DNA from: a virus
Lineage: Duplodnaviria; Caudoviricetes
DNA length: 64,000 nt
Virus record (IMG/VR): IMGVR_UViG_3300050500_000423
Span: 23,622-87,621 of that record
Reading direction: 5' to 3' (one strand)
Shown in pieces: positions 45,650 to 55,754 of this stretch. The position numbers and the translations under genes were made by a program. Position 1 is the first letter of the stretch. The number at the start of each line of letters is the position of its first letter. The notes beneath the pieces were generated by a model. The model searched no databases, was not told the origin of the DNA, and was given only the letters and a program-made list of their open reading frames with translations.

Positions 45650-46321
45650 ATGGAATCCATCATCGGCGTGAACGCCGTCCGCGTCGGCCGGCTTCGTACC
45701 GACGGAACCCCCGACTACTTCAACGCGACGGGCGGGTTCGTCGTCTGCGGTGGTGTCTCGACGTTCGAGCACGATTTCGAGACGGAGGAAGGGTCGAGCA
45801 TCTTCCGTCGCGACGCGGCGGGCAACCCGTGCGTGAACCGCAAGCGTCCCGACGACGTGAAGTGGACGACGTTCACGCTCACGCTCTGCCGCGACGACGC
45901 GCGCCTCACCGAGATCCTCCTCGGCGGTCAGGCCGACCTGCTGACCGACACGGGCGGGAACTCGACCGGTCGCGGCATCCGTCCCGCCGCAGGTTGCGGC
46001 ACGGGCGAGCAGCGCGGCGCCGTCTGCCTCGAACTGTGGTCCGAGTTGCAGGACTGCGACCAGCCGGCCGAGCCGTACCCGTACCAGCGGGTCGTGCTCC
46101 CGAGGTGCTTCCTCTCCCCTGCCGGGTACACCCGAGAGGACGACGTGTCCCTCCCCGTGTACTCGGGCTACTCGCAGTCGAACCCGAACATCGGGAACGG
46201 CCCCTTCAACGATTTCTTCCTCACGGAGGATGTCGGGGACTACTGCTACTTCGACTTCGGGGACGACGCCCTGCCGATCTGCCCGGCGCCCGTCGGGTAC
46301 GTCCCGCTGCCGCACTCGTAG
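45650..46321 (+). CDS. Major tail protein (putative)
   Basis: 223 aa beta-rich; AVRVGRL..DG.P; synteny. Confidence 0.6.
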   Translation: MESIIGVNAVRVGRLRTDGTPDYFNATGGFVVCGGVSTFEHDFETEEGSSIFRRDAAGNPCVNRKRPDDVKWTTFTLTLCRDDARLTEILLGGQADLLTDTGGNSTGRGIRPAAGCGTGEQRGAVCLELWSELQDCDQPAEPYPYQRVVLPRCFLSPAGYTREDDVSLPVYSGYSQSNPNIGNGPFNDFFLTEDVGDYCYFDFGDDALPICPAPVGYVPLPHS

Positions 46322-46360
46322 CCACCTGCGCCCGACGCCGGGGCGAGCTAGGAGGTTGGC

Positions 46361-46816
46361 GTGGCGAACGAGACGGTCTACAACCGCTTCAAGTTCCGGA
46401 GCGCGTCAGGGCTGACGGATTGGGACTCGGGCGACCCGCGCATGCTGCTGCTCGAGTCGACGGCCGCGGGAGCGTACGACCCGGACCTGAACTCGGTCGC
46501 GGACTTGCTCGCGGTCGGGTCCGTCGCGGAGATGATCGCGACGAACTACGCCCGGGTCGCGCTCACGGGCGAGTCGGTCACGGAGGACGACACCAACAAC
46601 CGGGCGAACCTCGACGCGAACGACGTGGTGTTCACGAACCTCGGTGTCCCTGCCGGCACGGACGGTTCCGCGGTCGCAGCGGTCGTCTACGACGAAGGGG
46701 GCGGCACGGACGCGACACGATGGCTGATCTCGTACCACGATGCGGGCTTCCCGGTCGTGACGAACGGGCAGCCGCTCACGGTCGCGACCCCGAGTGACGT
46801 TCTGAGGTTGACCTGA
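46361..46816 (+). CDS. Virion structural protein
   Basis: GGAGG RBS; NYARVAL...LDANDVVFT...AVVYD. Confidence 0.65.
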   Translation: MANETVYNRFKFRSASGLTDWDSGDPRMLLLESTAAGAYDPDLNSVADLLAVGSVAEMIATNYARVALTGESVTEDDTNNRANLDANDVVFTNLGVPAGTDGSAVAAVVYDEGGGTDATRWLISYHDAGFPVVTNGQPLTVATPSDVLRLT

Positions 46817-47109
46817 TGGGAACCTACGAGTGCCCGGTCGATGGGCCGTTCGAGGCGGAAGTTCACACGCGGGTGTCGCAGGCGTCGTACGACGCGGCCG
46901 TCATCGACGAGCGCGGGCAGCACCCGACGATGGCCGACCAGTTGTCGGCCTCGGGCGCGTCGCTGACCCGTGACCAGTGGGACGAACTCGTCGGGCGGCC
47001 GAACCCGTCGTGGGAGCCGACGTACAACCGTGTGATCGTCGATGACGACCCTGTCGAGCATCAAGTCGCTGTGTGCCCGACGTGCGGTAGCCCGATCAAG
47101 GTCGGGTAG
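46816..47109 (+). CDS. Hypothetical protein
   Basis: TGATG coupling; CPVD...CPTC. Confidence 0.6.
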   Translation: MGTYECPVDGPFEAEVHTRVSQASYDAAVIDERGQHPTMADQLSASGASLTRDQWDELVGRPNPSWEPTYNRVIVDDDPVEHQVAVCPTCGSPIKVG

Positions 47110-47112
47110 TCC

Positions 47113-47589
47113 GTGGCGACGTTCACGCCGTTCGACCTCACCGTCGACTGGACGGGACTCACGACGGGAGCGACGCCGTACACCGCGGGCGACCAGTACG
47201 GCGCCGAGAAAACCCTCGCGACCGTCGCTGGCGCGAACAACGGGTACGGCGTCATCACCGGCGTATCGGTATTCGATGACGGTGACGTGGTCGTCGCGGC
47301 GGACCTTCACATCTTCTCCGACTCGACGACACCCGCGGCCGACAACGCGGCCGCGGCGTGGTCCGACGCCGACATGGTGAAGCTCATCGCCGGCGGGGTC
47401 GTCATCTTCCCGGCGTTGACGGACTTCGGCGGCATCCGCGCTGCGTCCGTGTCGAACCTGTGGGTGCCGTTCCGATCCGGGTCGGGTCACGACGACCTGT
47501 TCCTCGACCTCGTGTGCCGCGGGAACCACAATCAGTTCGCAGCGGCGGACGACTTGCACGTCCGCGTCTCCGGCTTCCAGATCACGTAG
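47113..47589 (+). CDS. Virion structural protein (putative)
   Basis: 158 aa, beta-rich, in the tail operon. Confidence 0.6.
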   Translation: MATFTPFDLTVDWTGLTTGATPYTAGDQYGAEKTLATVAGANNGYGVITGVSVFDDGDVVVAADLHIFSDSTTPAADNAAAAWSDADMVKLIAGGVVIFPALTDFGGIRAASVSNLWVPFRSGSGHDDLFLDLVCRGNHNQFAAADDLHVRVSGFQIT

Positions 47590-47598
47590 GCGGCGGGC

Positions 47599-49524
47599 GT
47601 GTTCCCCCGCATCGTTGACTTCGGATACTCGGGAGCGACGAACCTCGGCGCGAACGGCATCGGACTCGACGGCAACGTCGGCCGTCGGCCGCAAGACCTG
47701 CGCCGCGGCGACAAGATCGTGGCGTTCATCTTCCGCGCTGCGAACGTCACGATCACCTCTCCCGCGGGATGGGGCACGCTGGCCGCGTCGAGCACCGGCA
47801 CGGTCAACGCTCGGTCGTGGACGATCGACGTGTATCAGGTCGAGGACCCCCGCAACGCGCAGACCGCGTGGGCGTCCTGGGTGTGGACGTTCTCCGACGC
47901 CGCGTCGTCCGTCAACTGCTGCACGGTGTTCGTCGTCGTGCGCGATACGACCCCGTTTCGCGGCACGGACGGCCTCTCGGGCGGGTCGGGCGGCACGAAC
48001 GGCCTCAACGACGCGACGCCGCAGGTGCTCGGCAAGACGGCCGCGGGCGGTCACGCGATCTGCCTGAACTTCCTCGCCCTGTCGATGAACGCCGCGACCG
48101 CGGCCAAGACGGGCGGCGCACCCACGGGACTGACCGGCCTCGGAACCGGCGTGAACGCGACGGGCGGCGCGGGACTCCGAGCGCACGTCATGGCCGCGTA
48201 CACCTACCTGACCAACGTCGGGGACACGAACGGCACCGCGTCATGGGCGACGAGCGCCGACGACGCCACGTCGGACTGGTCGCAGGCAGTCGTCGGGTTC
48301 CTCTACAAGGCACCCGCGGTCAACCCCGCGGCGTTACTGCTCGGTCCGCTGGCGCCACCGGGGCCGCAGACCGTCACGCTCGTTCCCGCGACCGCGGCAT
48401 GGTCCGCGCGTGCCCCATCTCCGAGTACCGCCGCGCAGACCGCGACGCTCGTCGCCGCGGTCGCGGCGTGGTCGTCGCGGCCAGTCGCTCTGTCGAATCC
48501 CGGCACCGCGACCCTGACCGCGGCGCCCGCCGCGTGGACAGCGCGGCCGATCACGCCGACCGGAGCCGCGCCGACCGCGACGCTCGTGCCGGCGCTCGCG
48601 GCGTGGTCCGCGCTGCCGGTCACGGCAACGAACCCGGCGACGGTCGACATCATCGCCGCGACCGCGGCGTGGTCAGCCCGGACACTCGCGCCAGCCCTCG
48701 CCGGAGCGACCGCGACGCTCTTCCCCGCGACCGCGGCGTGGTCAGCGCGGGCGGCGTCTCCGGCTACGGACGCGGCGTCTGTAACTCTCGTCGCGGCGTC
48801 AGCGGCCTGGTCAGCCTCGAGTCTCTCCCCGGCTGGTGCCGCCGTGACGGTCGACCTCGTCGCGGCGCTCGCGTCCTGGTCCGCGGGGACCTTCGACCCT
48901 TCGACCGCGATCCATCTCGATCTCGTACCGGCGCTTGCCGCATGGTCAGCCGCGAGCCTCACGCCAACCGGAGCAGGAAGCACCGTCGCTCTCGCCGCCG
49001 CAGTAGCCGCCTGGACGGCGCAGAGCCTCTCTCCGTCCTCCGGGGCACCGACAGCGGTCCTCGCCGCCGCGGTGGCGTCCTGGTCCGCAGAGAGCGTCTC
49101 TCCGACGGCAGTCCTAGCACTCGTGCTCGTCCCGGCAGCAGCGGCGTGGGTTGCCGTGCTCCTCGCCCCGACTGCCCCAGATCGCGTCGAGCTCGTCCCC
49201 GCGTCCGCGGGGTGGTCCGCGCGGCCGGTTGTGCCTCTGACGGGCACCGAGACCGTCATCCTCGTCGCCGCGCTCGCTGTCTGGTCAGCTCGACCGCTGC
49301 TCCCCGCCGTGGTGTCTCTCGTGAAGCTCCGCGGGGTGACGATCAGCACCGGCCCTGCCGCGAGCGTGACGATCAACGACGGAGACCGCGCCGGCGCGAC
49401 GATCGACCTCGACCGAGACGACGACGGCAGCGGCGCCACGATCACCACGACGCGCTCGGGCGCGACGGTCCATCCTGCGAAGGGTGCAGGAGCACACGTA
49501 GGATTCCGGCGACCAGGAAGGTGA
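47599..49524 (+). CDS. Tail fibre/appendage-like protein with 14 tandem repeats of about 22 aa
   Basis: Repeats TxxLVxAxAAWSAxxxxP at about 48367-49320. Confidence 0.7.
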   Translation: MFPRIVDFGYSGATNLGANGIGLDGNVGRRPQDLRRGDKIVAFIFRAANVTITSPAGWGTLAASSTGTVNARSWTIDVYQVEDPRNAQTAWASWVWTFSDAASSVNCCTVFVVVRDTTPFRGTDGLSGGSGGTNGLNDATPQVLGKTAAGGHAICLNFLALSMNAATAAKTGGAPTGLTGLGTGVNATGGAGLRAHVMAAYTYLTNVGDTNGTASWATSADDATSDWSQAVVGFLYKAPAVNPAALLLGPLAPPGPQTVTLVPATAAWSARAPSPSTAAQTATLVAAVAAWSSRPVALSNPGTATLTAAPAAWTARPITPTGAAPTATLVPALAAWSALPVTATNPATVDIIAATAAWSARTLAPALAGATATLFPATAAWSARAASPATDAASVTLVAASAAWSASSLSPAGAAVTVDLVAALASWSAGTFDPSTAIHLDLVPALAAWSAASLTPTGAGSTVALAAAVAAWTAQSLSPSSGAPTAVLAAAVASWSAESVSPTAVLALVLVPAAAAWVAVLLAPTAPDRVELVPASAGWSARPVVPLTGTETVILVAALAVWSARPLLPAVVSLVKLRGVTISTGPAASVTINDGDRAGATIDLDRDDDGSGATITTTRSGATVHPAKGAGAHVGFRRPGR

Positions 49525-49528
49525 CCTC

Positions 49529-50524
49529 GTGCAGATCATCGACGTAGGCGAGACCGTCCCGGTCGTCACCGGCTGGTACGACGCTGACGGCGGACCAGCA
49601 GAACCGTCGACGATCGTCCTGACGATCACCGCTGCCGACGGGACCGTCACGAGCAAGACCAAGGCCGACATGGCCGGCTCGTCAAGCGGCGACGGCACCG
49701 TTGATGACGTCTGGACGTTCGACTACGTCACCCTCGCGGAGGGAGCGACACGGGTCCTTGCCGTCGGCACCGTCGGCAGCGACGAGGTCCGGCAATCCCA
49801 CATCCTTCTCGTCGGTCCAGCGTCCCGCGCGGGTGGACCGTTCGCTCCCTGGTGCGAGTGGGACGATGTCGTCGCCCTCTCCACGACGGATCTCTCGGCG
49901 CTTGCCCCGGCGGTCCGGGAACGACTCCTCGACATCGCGACCGGCATCCTCTGGTCTCTCGACGGACGCCGGTACCCCGGCATCGGCCAAGGAACGCGAC
50001 TGATCTGCTCCACATGCTCCGGGTGCGTGACACCGCGATGCTGCTGCTCCGACCGGAACTCGATCGACCTCGGGACCCGCTGGCCCGTCTGGGGAGTCTG
50101 GGACGTCGTCATCGACGGCGACACCCTCGACGCCGATGAGTACGTCCTCCGAGACCGGAGGTTCCTCGAGCGACTCAACGGCACCTGGCCGTCGTGCGCG
50201 TCTCTCACGAACCCCGACGACTTCGCGATCACCTGGGCATACGGCCGGATGCCCCCGGTCGAGCTACGCGAAGCATGCGCCCGGTTCGTACTCGAGATGG
50301 CGAAGTCGGCCCTCGGCCAGAAGTGCGACCTCCCGCAGCGCGTCACCGTCATCACCAGGGAGCAGGTCACGTACACGATCCTCGACTCGCAGAAGTTCAT
50401 CGACGAGGGACGTACCGGCGTCTACCTCGTTGACCTCGCCCTGAAAGCATCGAAGGCGGGTCGTGTCGTCGCCCCGGGGATGGGTACGCCGATCTCTCGG
50501 CAACGAGCCGGAAAGCTCGGCTGA
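49529..50524 (+). CDS. Head-to-tail adaptor (putative)
   Basis: LDIATGILWSL, YAYGRMPP-like WAYGRMPP, PQRVTVITREQVT; synteny. Confidence 0.7.
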   Translation: MQIIDVGETVPVVTGWYDADGGPAEPSTIVLTITAADGTVTSKTKADMAGSSSGDGTVDDVWTFDYVTLAEGATRVLAVGTVGSDEVRQSHILLVGPASRAGGPFAPWCEWDDVVALSTTDLSALAPAVRERLLDIATGILWSLDGRRYPGIGQGTRLICSTCSGCVTPRCCCSDRNSIDLGTRWPVWGVWDVVIDGDTLDADEYVLRDRRFLERLNGTWPSCASLTNPDDFAITWAYGRMPPVELREACARFVLEMAKSALGQKCDLPQRVTVITREQVTYTILDSQKFIDEGRTGVYLVDLALKASKAGRVVAPGMGTPISRQRAGKLG

Positions 50525-50949
50525 TGCCAACGACCGTCCGCGTCGAAGGGGTCTACGCGTCACTCGATCGGATGGGTAGCGGGATGCTCGACCGCTGCTC
50601 GTCGCTGTTCGTCCGCACGGCGCGCGGTCGCGCGTCGCGCCGCACGAACGAGCTCGCGGACTCGATCGAGGCGGGTCCGGTCTACAAGGCGGGGAGCACC
50701 TTCCGGACGACCGTCGAAGTCGGCGCTGAGCACGGCGTCTACCAGGACCGAGGGACCGGCATCTACGGGCCCGAGGGACGCCCGATCACTCCCCGCCGCG
50801 CTGATGGCGTCCTCGTGTTCGACTGGCCGGCCGCGGGTGGCGTCGTGTTCGCCCGTTCCGTCCGCGGAACGCCCCCGACCCGGTTCTGGCAACGCACCGT
50901 CGCGGACTGGCCGCAGATCGTCCGCCGTGTCGAGGCAGGCGGAGGGTGA
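50524..50949 (+). CDS. HK97 gp10-like neck protein
   Basis: RRTNELADSI, VGAEHGVYQDRGTG, VRGTPP. Confidence 0.7.
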   Translation: MPTTVRVEGVYASLDRMGSGMLDRCSSLFVRTARGRASRRTNELADSIEAGPVYKAGSTFRTTVEVGAEHGVYQDRGTGIYGPEGRPITPRRADGVLVFDWPAAGGVVFARSVRGTPPTRFWQRTVADWPQIVRRVEAGGG

Positions 50950-51506
50950 GTCTCGACGCTGCACTCACGGCCTACGCCGAGTTGATCGGGGATACCCTCG
51001 TGAACGGGTGCGGTGCGCCGGAGCCGTCACGAGTGCTCCGGTACCACGGCCACGGCGTGCCCGACGACATCTCCTGCGACGGTACCGACACGGGCATCCT
51101 TTCCGTCTGGTGGGACACGATGCTTCCCGGCTCGACCCGGGACCCCTGTCAGGGTGTCCCGTCCGTGTACCTGCACGCCCGGTGGGTCATCTGCTGGAAG
51201 CTCGCGCAGGCCGACTCGGGAGGGATCACGCTTGAGGACGCGACGTGGGACACCGACGCCGCGCTGCTCGCCGCCGCTGCGGAGTGCGTAGCTCGAGCGT
51301 TGCTGCGTCTCTCGTGCGGCATCCCACCCGTACCTGTCGACGGCGAGGACGAAGCAGTCGCGAAGGCACGCGCGCTCGTCACGCTCGCGCAGAACCGGAA
51401 GGTCGAGTTCGTCAGCGCCGCTCCCGTCGGCGTCAGTGGCGGCATCGCCGGCGTGGAGTGGACCGTCGAGCTCCGTCTCCGAGGCGGCGCGACGGAGACC
51501 TCGTAG
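50946..51506 (+). CDS. Tail terminator (putative)
   Basis: Synteny between neck and chaperone genes; 186 aa. Confidence 0.55.
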   Translation: MSLDAALTAYAELIGDTLVNGCGAPEPSRVLRYHGHGVPDDISCDGTDTGILSVWWDTMLPGSTRDPCQGVPSVYLHARWVICWKLAQADSGGITLEDATWDTDAALLAAAAECVARALLRLSCGIPPVPVDGEDEAVAKARALVTLAQNRKVEFVSAAPVGVSGGIAGVEWTVELRLRGGATETS

Positions 51507-51557
51507 CCAAGGTCGTGGGGCGTACGATCGGCGCACCCGATCGAGGAGCACAAGCAC

Positions 51558-52193
51558 ATGGCAGTTAGGACCGGAGAGAACGGCTCGACCTTGGTCTCCA
51601 TGCTCACGGACAACCACGACGGCACCATCGACCTACGTCTCCACCCGGGATCGTCTGCGGGCGAGTCTGTCCGGCTCCGGGAACCCACGGCACGGCAGTA
51701 CGCCGAGCTGCGAGTCCTGATGCGCGACACGGATCAGCGGACGCAGGAAGAGTGCCCGGAGCCGGCCGCCCCCGAGTTCGATGAGTCGATGCCGGCGTTG
51801 CAACTCGCGGAACTCGTCCGCGTGTACGAGAACGAACGCGACCGGTGGCGGCAGGCCCGACGCGATCTGCTGCTCGATCCGGACAAGGCACCGTACGCCC
51901 AGGTGCTCATGAACGTGATCGAGGTCCTCGGTGACCGTCGCGTCACGCTCGATGACTTGCCCGTCGAAGCGTTCCATGTCGCGACCTGCTCGGCGCTGCT
52001 CGAGGTGTGGGAAACCCCTTTAGGTGGAAGGGACGACCCCGTCCCGACACCAACGACCCCGGCGGGCGGCGGCGCGGCGCGTCCCGTCCCGCTCGTACTC
52101 GCGACCGACGATACGGAAGCCGCTTCACCGGCGCCCGCGGAATCCTCGCCCCCTGGTACCGAGCCTGCTACCCCATCGAGCCCGACGCAGTAG
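51558..52193 (+). CDS. Tail assembly chaperone (gpG-like)
   Basis: Upstream of the tape measure gene; in-frame slippery site C CCT TTA. Confidence 0.7.
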   Translation: MAVRTGENGSTLVSMLTDNHDGTIDLRLHPGSSAGESVRLREPTARQYAELRVLMRDTDQRTQEECPEPAAPEFDESMPALQLAELVRVYENERDRWRQARRDLLLDPDKAPYAQVLMNVIEVLGDRRVTLDDLPVEAFHVATCSALLEVWETPLGGRDDPVPTPTTPAGGGAARPVPLVLATDDTEAASPAPAESSPPGTEPATPSSPTQ

Positions 52194-52366
52194 ACGCCAT
52201 GCCTCTGTCGAAACTCGTCGCGCTTCTCGGACTCGATGAGGTCGAAGCCGTTCGTGCTGTCCCGCTGACGGACGAAGCTCTCGCGGAGCATCGCCCGAAC
52301 CGGCAGGAACGACGCCACGGCCCAGCGGCGCGCCGTGCGGTCGCGAACGCACGGCGAGGGCAGTAG
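52007..52366 (+). CDS. gpT-like frameshifted extension of the chaperone
   Basis: -1 frame ORF ending 1 nt before the TMP ATG; ILAPWYRACY..MPLSKLVALLG. Confidence 0.55.
   Translation: MGNPFRWKGRPRPDTNDPGGRRRGASRPARTRDRRYGSRFTGARGILAPWYRACYPIEPDAVDAMPLSKLVALLGLDEVEAVRAVPLTDEALAEHRPNRQERRHGPAARRAVANARRGQ
52016..52022 (+). promoter_or_regulatory. Predicted -1 ribosomal frameshift site (X XXY YYZ)
   Basis: ACC CCT TTA in the chaperone frame; the -1 frame is open to 52366, abutting the TMP start. Confidence 0.65.
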
Positions 52367-55300
52367 ATGGTCGACAAGCTCTCCGCCGAACTCGTCCTCG
52401 GCATCGGGGACGCCCGGAAGCAGGTCGAGGCGATCCGGAAGGATGTCGAGAAGCAACTCGACGCCGCTACGAAGCTGAGCATCACCGCTGACGCGTCGCA
52501 GGTCACGCGGTCTGTTGACCGGTCGATCGACGCGGCGGATACCGAGGTCGCGGTCACAGGCGACGCGAGCGACGTTACGGGTTCCGTAACCGGCGCGGTC
52601 GACGCAGCCGACACGGATGTCGCGGTGACCGCCGACGCGTCGGATGTCACCGGGTCGGTCACGGGAGCGGTCGAGGCGGCCGATTCGGCTGTCACGGTGA
52701 CCGGCGAAGCCGGGTCCGTGACCGGCGCGATCGACGCAGCCGTCGCGGCGGCCGACAAGAACGTGGCGCTCAGCGTCGAGAGTTCCGGGCTGCAAGAGTC
52801 CATCGTTGCGTCGCAAGTCCTCGGCGAGACCCTCGGGAACGTCGCGCAACAGGGCCAGTCCGCAGGTCTCGCGACGGCAGCAGGCGCCGAGGCAGCCGGG
52901 TCGACCCTCGCGCACGCGACGACTTCCGGCCAGGGACTCGTCACCGTCCTCGGCTCCGCCAGGAACGTCCTCGGGACCCTCGGGATCGGTCTCGGTGGCG
53001 CGGCTGTCCTCTCGTTCCTCAAGGACTCGACCGATGCTGCATCCGACCTGAACGAGTCCGTGTCGAAGTCGGAGCAGGTGTTCGGCTCGTCGCAGCAGAC
53101 GATCATGTCGTGGGCGGAGACATCGTCGCGGTCGGTGCTTCTGTCGAAGCAGGCCGCGGTCGAGTCGGCCGCGTCGTTCGGGAACCTCTTCACCGCGATG
53201 GGTCTCGGGAAGCAAGCGGCCGCCGATACGTCGATCGGGGTCGTACAACTCGGCGCGGACCTCGCGTCCTTCAACAACCTCGGTGTCGACGAGACCCTCC
53301 TCAAGATTCGATCCGGCCTCGTCGGAGAGGTCGAACCGCTCCGTACCCTCGGCATCAGTTTCAACGCGGCGCAGGTCGAAGCGAAGGGCATGCAACTCGG
53401 CCTCGCGGACGCGAACGGCGAGCTCTCCGACGGCGCGAAGATTCAGGCGCGTTGGGCGCTGATCTCCGAGCAGTCCGCGACCGCGACCGGCGACGTCGCG
53501 CGCACGTTCGAGGGACTTGCGAACCAGTCGCGATTCATGCAGGCAGAGCTCGGGAACGCCCGCGCTGAACTCGGAGCGAAGCTGCTCCCCGTCGTGCTCG
53601 AGATGACGAAGGCAGGCATCCCGCTCGCACAGGCGCTCGTCGCGGTCGCGCAGCAACTCGCGCGGGGACTGATCCCTGCCGTACGTGCCGCGGTACCGCT
53701 CGCTCAACTCTTCGCGGAGGCGCTCGGCATCGTTGCCGACATCCTTGAAGCGATCCCGACCCCGGTCCTGACGAGCGTCGCTGCCTTCGTCGCGTTGCGG
53801 TCGATGCTCGGCCCCTTCGACAAGCTGCTCCAAGGCGTCGCGTCTGGACTGACGAACGTCGCCTACCAGTTCCCGAAGATGCAATCGGCGGGTATCGGCG
53901 CGGCAGGCGGCGTCGCGACGCTCTCCGGGTTCCTCGACCAGAACCGGAACAAGTTGTTCGGCGCGGCTGCTGCTGGCCTGGTCGCGGTGCAGTCCTTCGA
54001 CCAGATCGGTAAGAGCGCCGAAGGCACCGCGATGGGAGTCGGGTCGCTTGCCCTCGCTGGCTTCCAGATCGGGTCCATGTTCGGCGGGATGGGCGGCCCG
54101 ATCGGCGCTGCCGCGGGTGCCGTCGTTGGTCTCGGCGCGGCGATGTTCTCCGGCGGCGAATCCGTCGAGGACTACCGCGAGAAGTTCGCGAAGCTCGGTG
54201 CCGAACTCGCGGACCTCTCGCGGATGGAGTCCGTCCGGAAGTTCGTCGACCAACTCGGAGAGACCGACAAGGCATCCGCAGCCCTTGACCAACTCGACGG
54301 CAAGGTCGCGAACACGGTCCGGTCCTTCACGCAACTGAACCAGACGACCTACACGACGGAGACCGTCACAAAGAAGGTGCAGGCGAACGCCCGCGCCATC
54401 ACCGACGAAATCGAGGCGCTCGCATCGAAGAGTCCCGGTGCCGCAGACCGGGTCGTGCAGGGGTTGTCGAAAATCCGGGACGAGACCGGGAAGCCGCTGT
54501 TCACGGGACAGGAGTTCGACCTGCTCGTCGCCGCCGCCGAGAAGGGAACCGTCGCGTACGGCAAAAAGGCTGTCGCGGCGCAGCAGGCACAGGCCGTCGA
54601 CCAGCAAGTCGCGGAGGCAGCGACCTCGACCGCGACGGCGTACGACCTCGCGTCGAAGGCAGCAGACGACTACCGCGAGTCGCTCGAGCAACTCGACGCC
54701 GGGCACACGTCGGCGTTCGCGGCGGAGACGCAGTTCGAGGAGTCGTTCGTCTCCCTGACCGCGGCGCTTGCCGCGTCGTCAGGGCAGTTCGACGTGAACA
54801 GCGAGAAGAGCCTCGCTGCTCGCGCGGCGCTGAGCTCGTCAGCGGACGCCGCGCGCGACTACTCGGCGCAGATCATCGCGTCGGGCGGGTCGCAGGAAGC
54901 CGCCCGGGTACCGCTCGTGAACCTCACGAACGCCCTCACGGACCAGTTGTCGGCCTTCGGGCGATCCCCCGCTGATATCGCGCAGTTGCTCAACAGCCTC
55001 GGGCTGGTCTCGTTCGCGTCTCCGGAGGTCCAGGCAGCCGCGGCAGCGATGGGGATCTCGGTCGAGGGGGTCGGCGCGTCGGCACAGACCGCCGCCGCGA
55101 CGACCGCGGACGGGATGGCGAAGGCGAAGGGCGCCATCGACGGGTCCGGTATCCCCGGCGCCGCGGGTGCCCAGGCTCAGGGTGCTGTCGATGAGTTCGG
55201 CAACCCGATCAAGGCAGGTCTCCCGGCGGCGATCGACTCGGGTGTCGAGATGGGCCGCGCTGCGTTCGACCGTGGCGCGTTGAAGGAACACGCCCGCGGT

Positions 55301-55750
55301 GTCGGTCACGCGACCGGCCGCGCGTTCGGGGAGGGACTCGAGGACGGCATCCTCGCCCGAGCGGGCGACATCGCGTCCGCCGCCGCGCAGGTTGTTCGCG
55401 ACGCCGAGGACGCTGCTCGTCGGGAAGCTCGGTCGCACTCGCCATCGCTGCTGTTCGCTGACCTCGGGAAGGACCTCGGCAGGGGCATGGCGCTCGGTCT
55501 CGCGTCGTCCGAACCCGCGGTGATCGACGCCGCCGGGAACCTCGTCGCGGTCTCTGCCGCTGCTCCTACGCCGCCGTCCGGGTCGGGCATCGGAGGGAAC
55601 GTCCTCGTCAACATCGGGGGAATCTCGGTCACGACCGACGGGTCCGCTGCCGACGCACGTCGCGCAGCGAAGATCATCGCCCGTGAGGTCTCCGGCGGAC
55701 TCACGAGCGCGTTGACGAAGCAACGCGCGAACGTCGCAGCGAGGAGCTGA
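52367..55750 (+). CDS. Tape measure protein
   Basis: 1127 aa Ala/Gly-rich; SDLNESVSK..VFG, ADLASFNN, GEVEPLR.LG; HSPSLLF. Confidence 0.92.
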   Translation: MVDKLSAELVLGIGDARKQVEAIRKDVEKQLDAATKLSITADASQVTRSVDRSIDAADTEVAVTGDASDVTGSVTGAVDAADTDVAVTADASDVTGSVTGAVEAADSAVTVTGEAGSVTGAIDAAVAAADKNVALSVESSGLQESIVASQVLGETLGNVAQQGQSAGLATAAGAEAAGSTLAHATTSGQGLVTVLGSARNVLGTLGIGLGGAAVLSFLKDSTDAASDLNESVSKSEQVFGSSQQTIMSWAETSSRSVLLSKQAAVESAASFGNLFTAMGLGKQAAADTSIGVVQLGADLASFNNLGVDETLLKIRSGLVGEVEPLRTLGISFNAAQVEAKGMQLGLADANGELSDGAKIQARWALISEQSATATGDVARTFEGLANQSRFMQAELGNARAELGAKLLPVVLEMTKAGIPLAQALVAVAQQLARGLIPAVRAAVPLAQLFAEALGIVADILEAIPTPVLTSVAAFVALRSMLGPFDKLLQGVASGLTNVAYQFPKMQSAGIGAAGGVATLSGFLDQNRNKLFGAAAAGLVAVQSFDQIGKSAEGTAMGVGSLALAGFQIGSMFGGMGGPIGAAAGAVVGLGAAMFSGGESVEDYREKFAKLGAELADLSRMESVRKFVDQLGETDKASAALDQLDGKVANTVRSFTQLNQTTYTTETVTKKVQANARAITDEIEALASKSPGAADRVVQGLSKIRDETGKPLFTGQEFDLLVAAAEKGTVAYGKKAVAAQQAQAVDQQVAEAATSTATAYDLASKAADDYRESLEQLDAGHTSAFAAETQFEESFVSLTAALAASSGQFDVNSEKSLAARAALSSSADAARDYSAQIIASGGSQEAARVPLVNLTNALTDQLSAFGRSPADIAQLLNSLGLVSFASPEVQAAAAAMGISVEGVGASAQTAAATTADGMAKAKGAIDGSGIPGAAGAQAQGAVDEFGNPIKAGLPAAIDSGVEMGRAAFDRGALKEHARGVGHATGRAFGEGLEDGILARAGDIASAAAQVVRDAEDAARREARSHSPSLLFADLGKDLGRGMALGLASSEPAVIDAAGNLVAVSAAAPTPPSGSGIGGNVLVNIGGISVTTDGSAADARRAAKIIAREVSGGLTSALTKQRANVAARS

Positions 55751-55754
55751 TCGA

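Noticed and set aside
52009-52015. GGGAAAC slippery site
   Set aside because: Out of phase with the chaperone frame; C CCT TTA is the in-phase heptamer
51734-54706. 990-aa minus-strand ORF and similar long antisense ORFs (e.g. 22477-24261, 42337-43869, 29423-30946)
   Set aside because: Shadow frames of well-supported + strand genes in high-GC DNA; Arg/Pro-rich with no motifs
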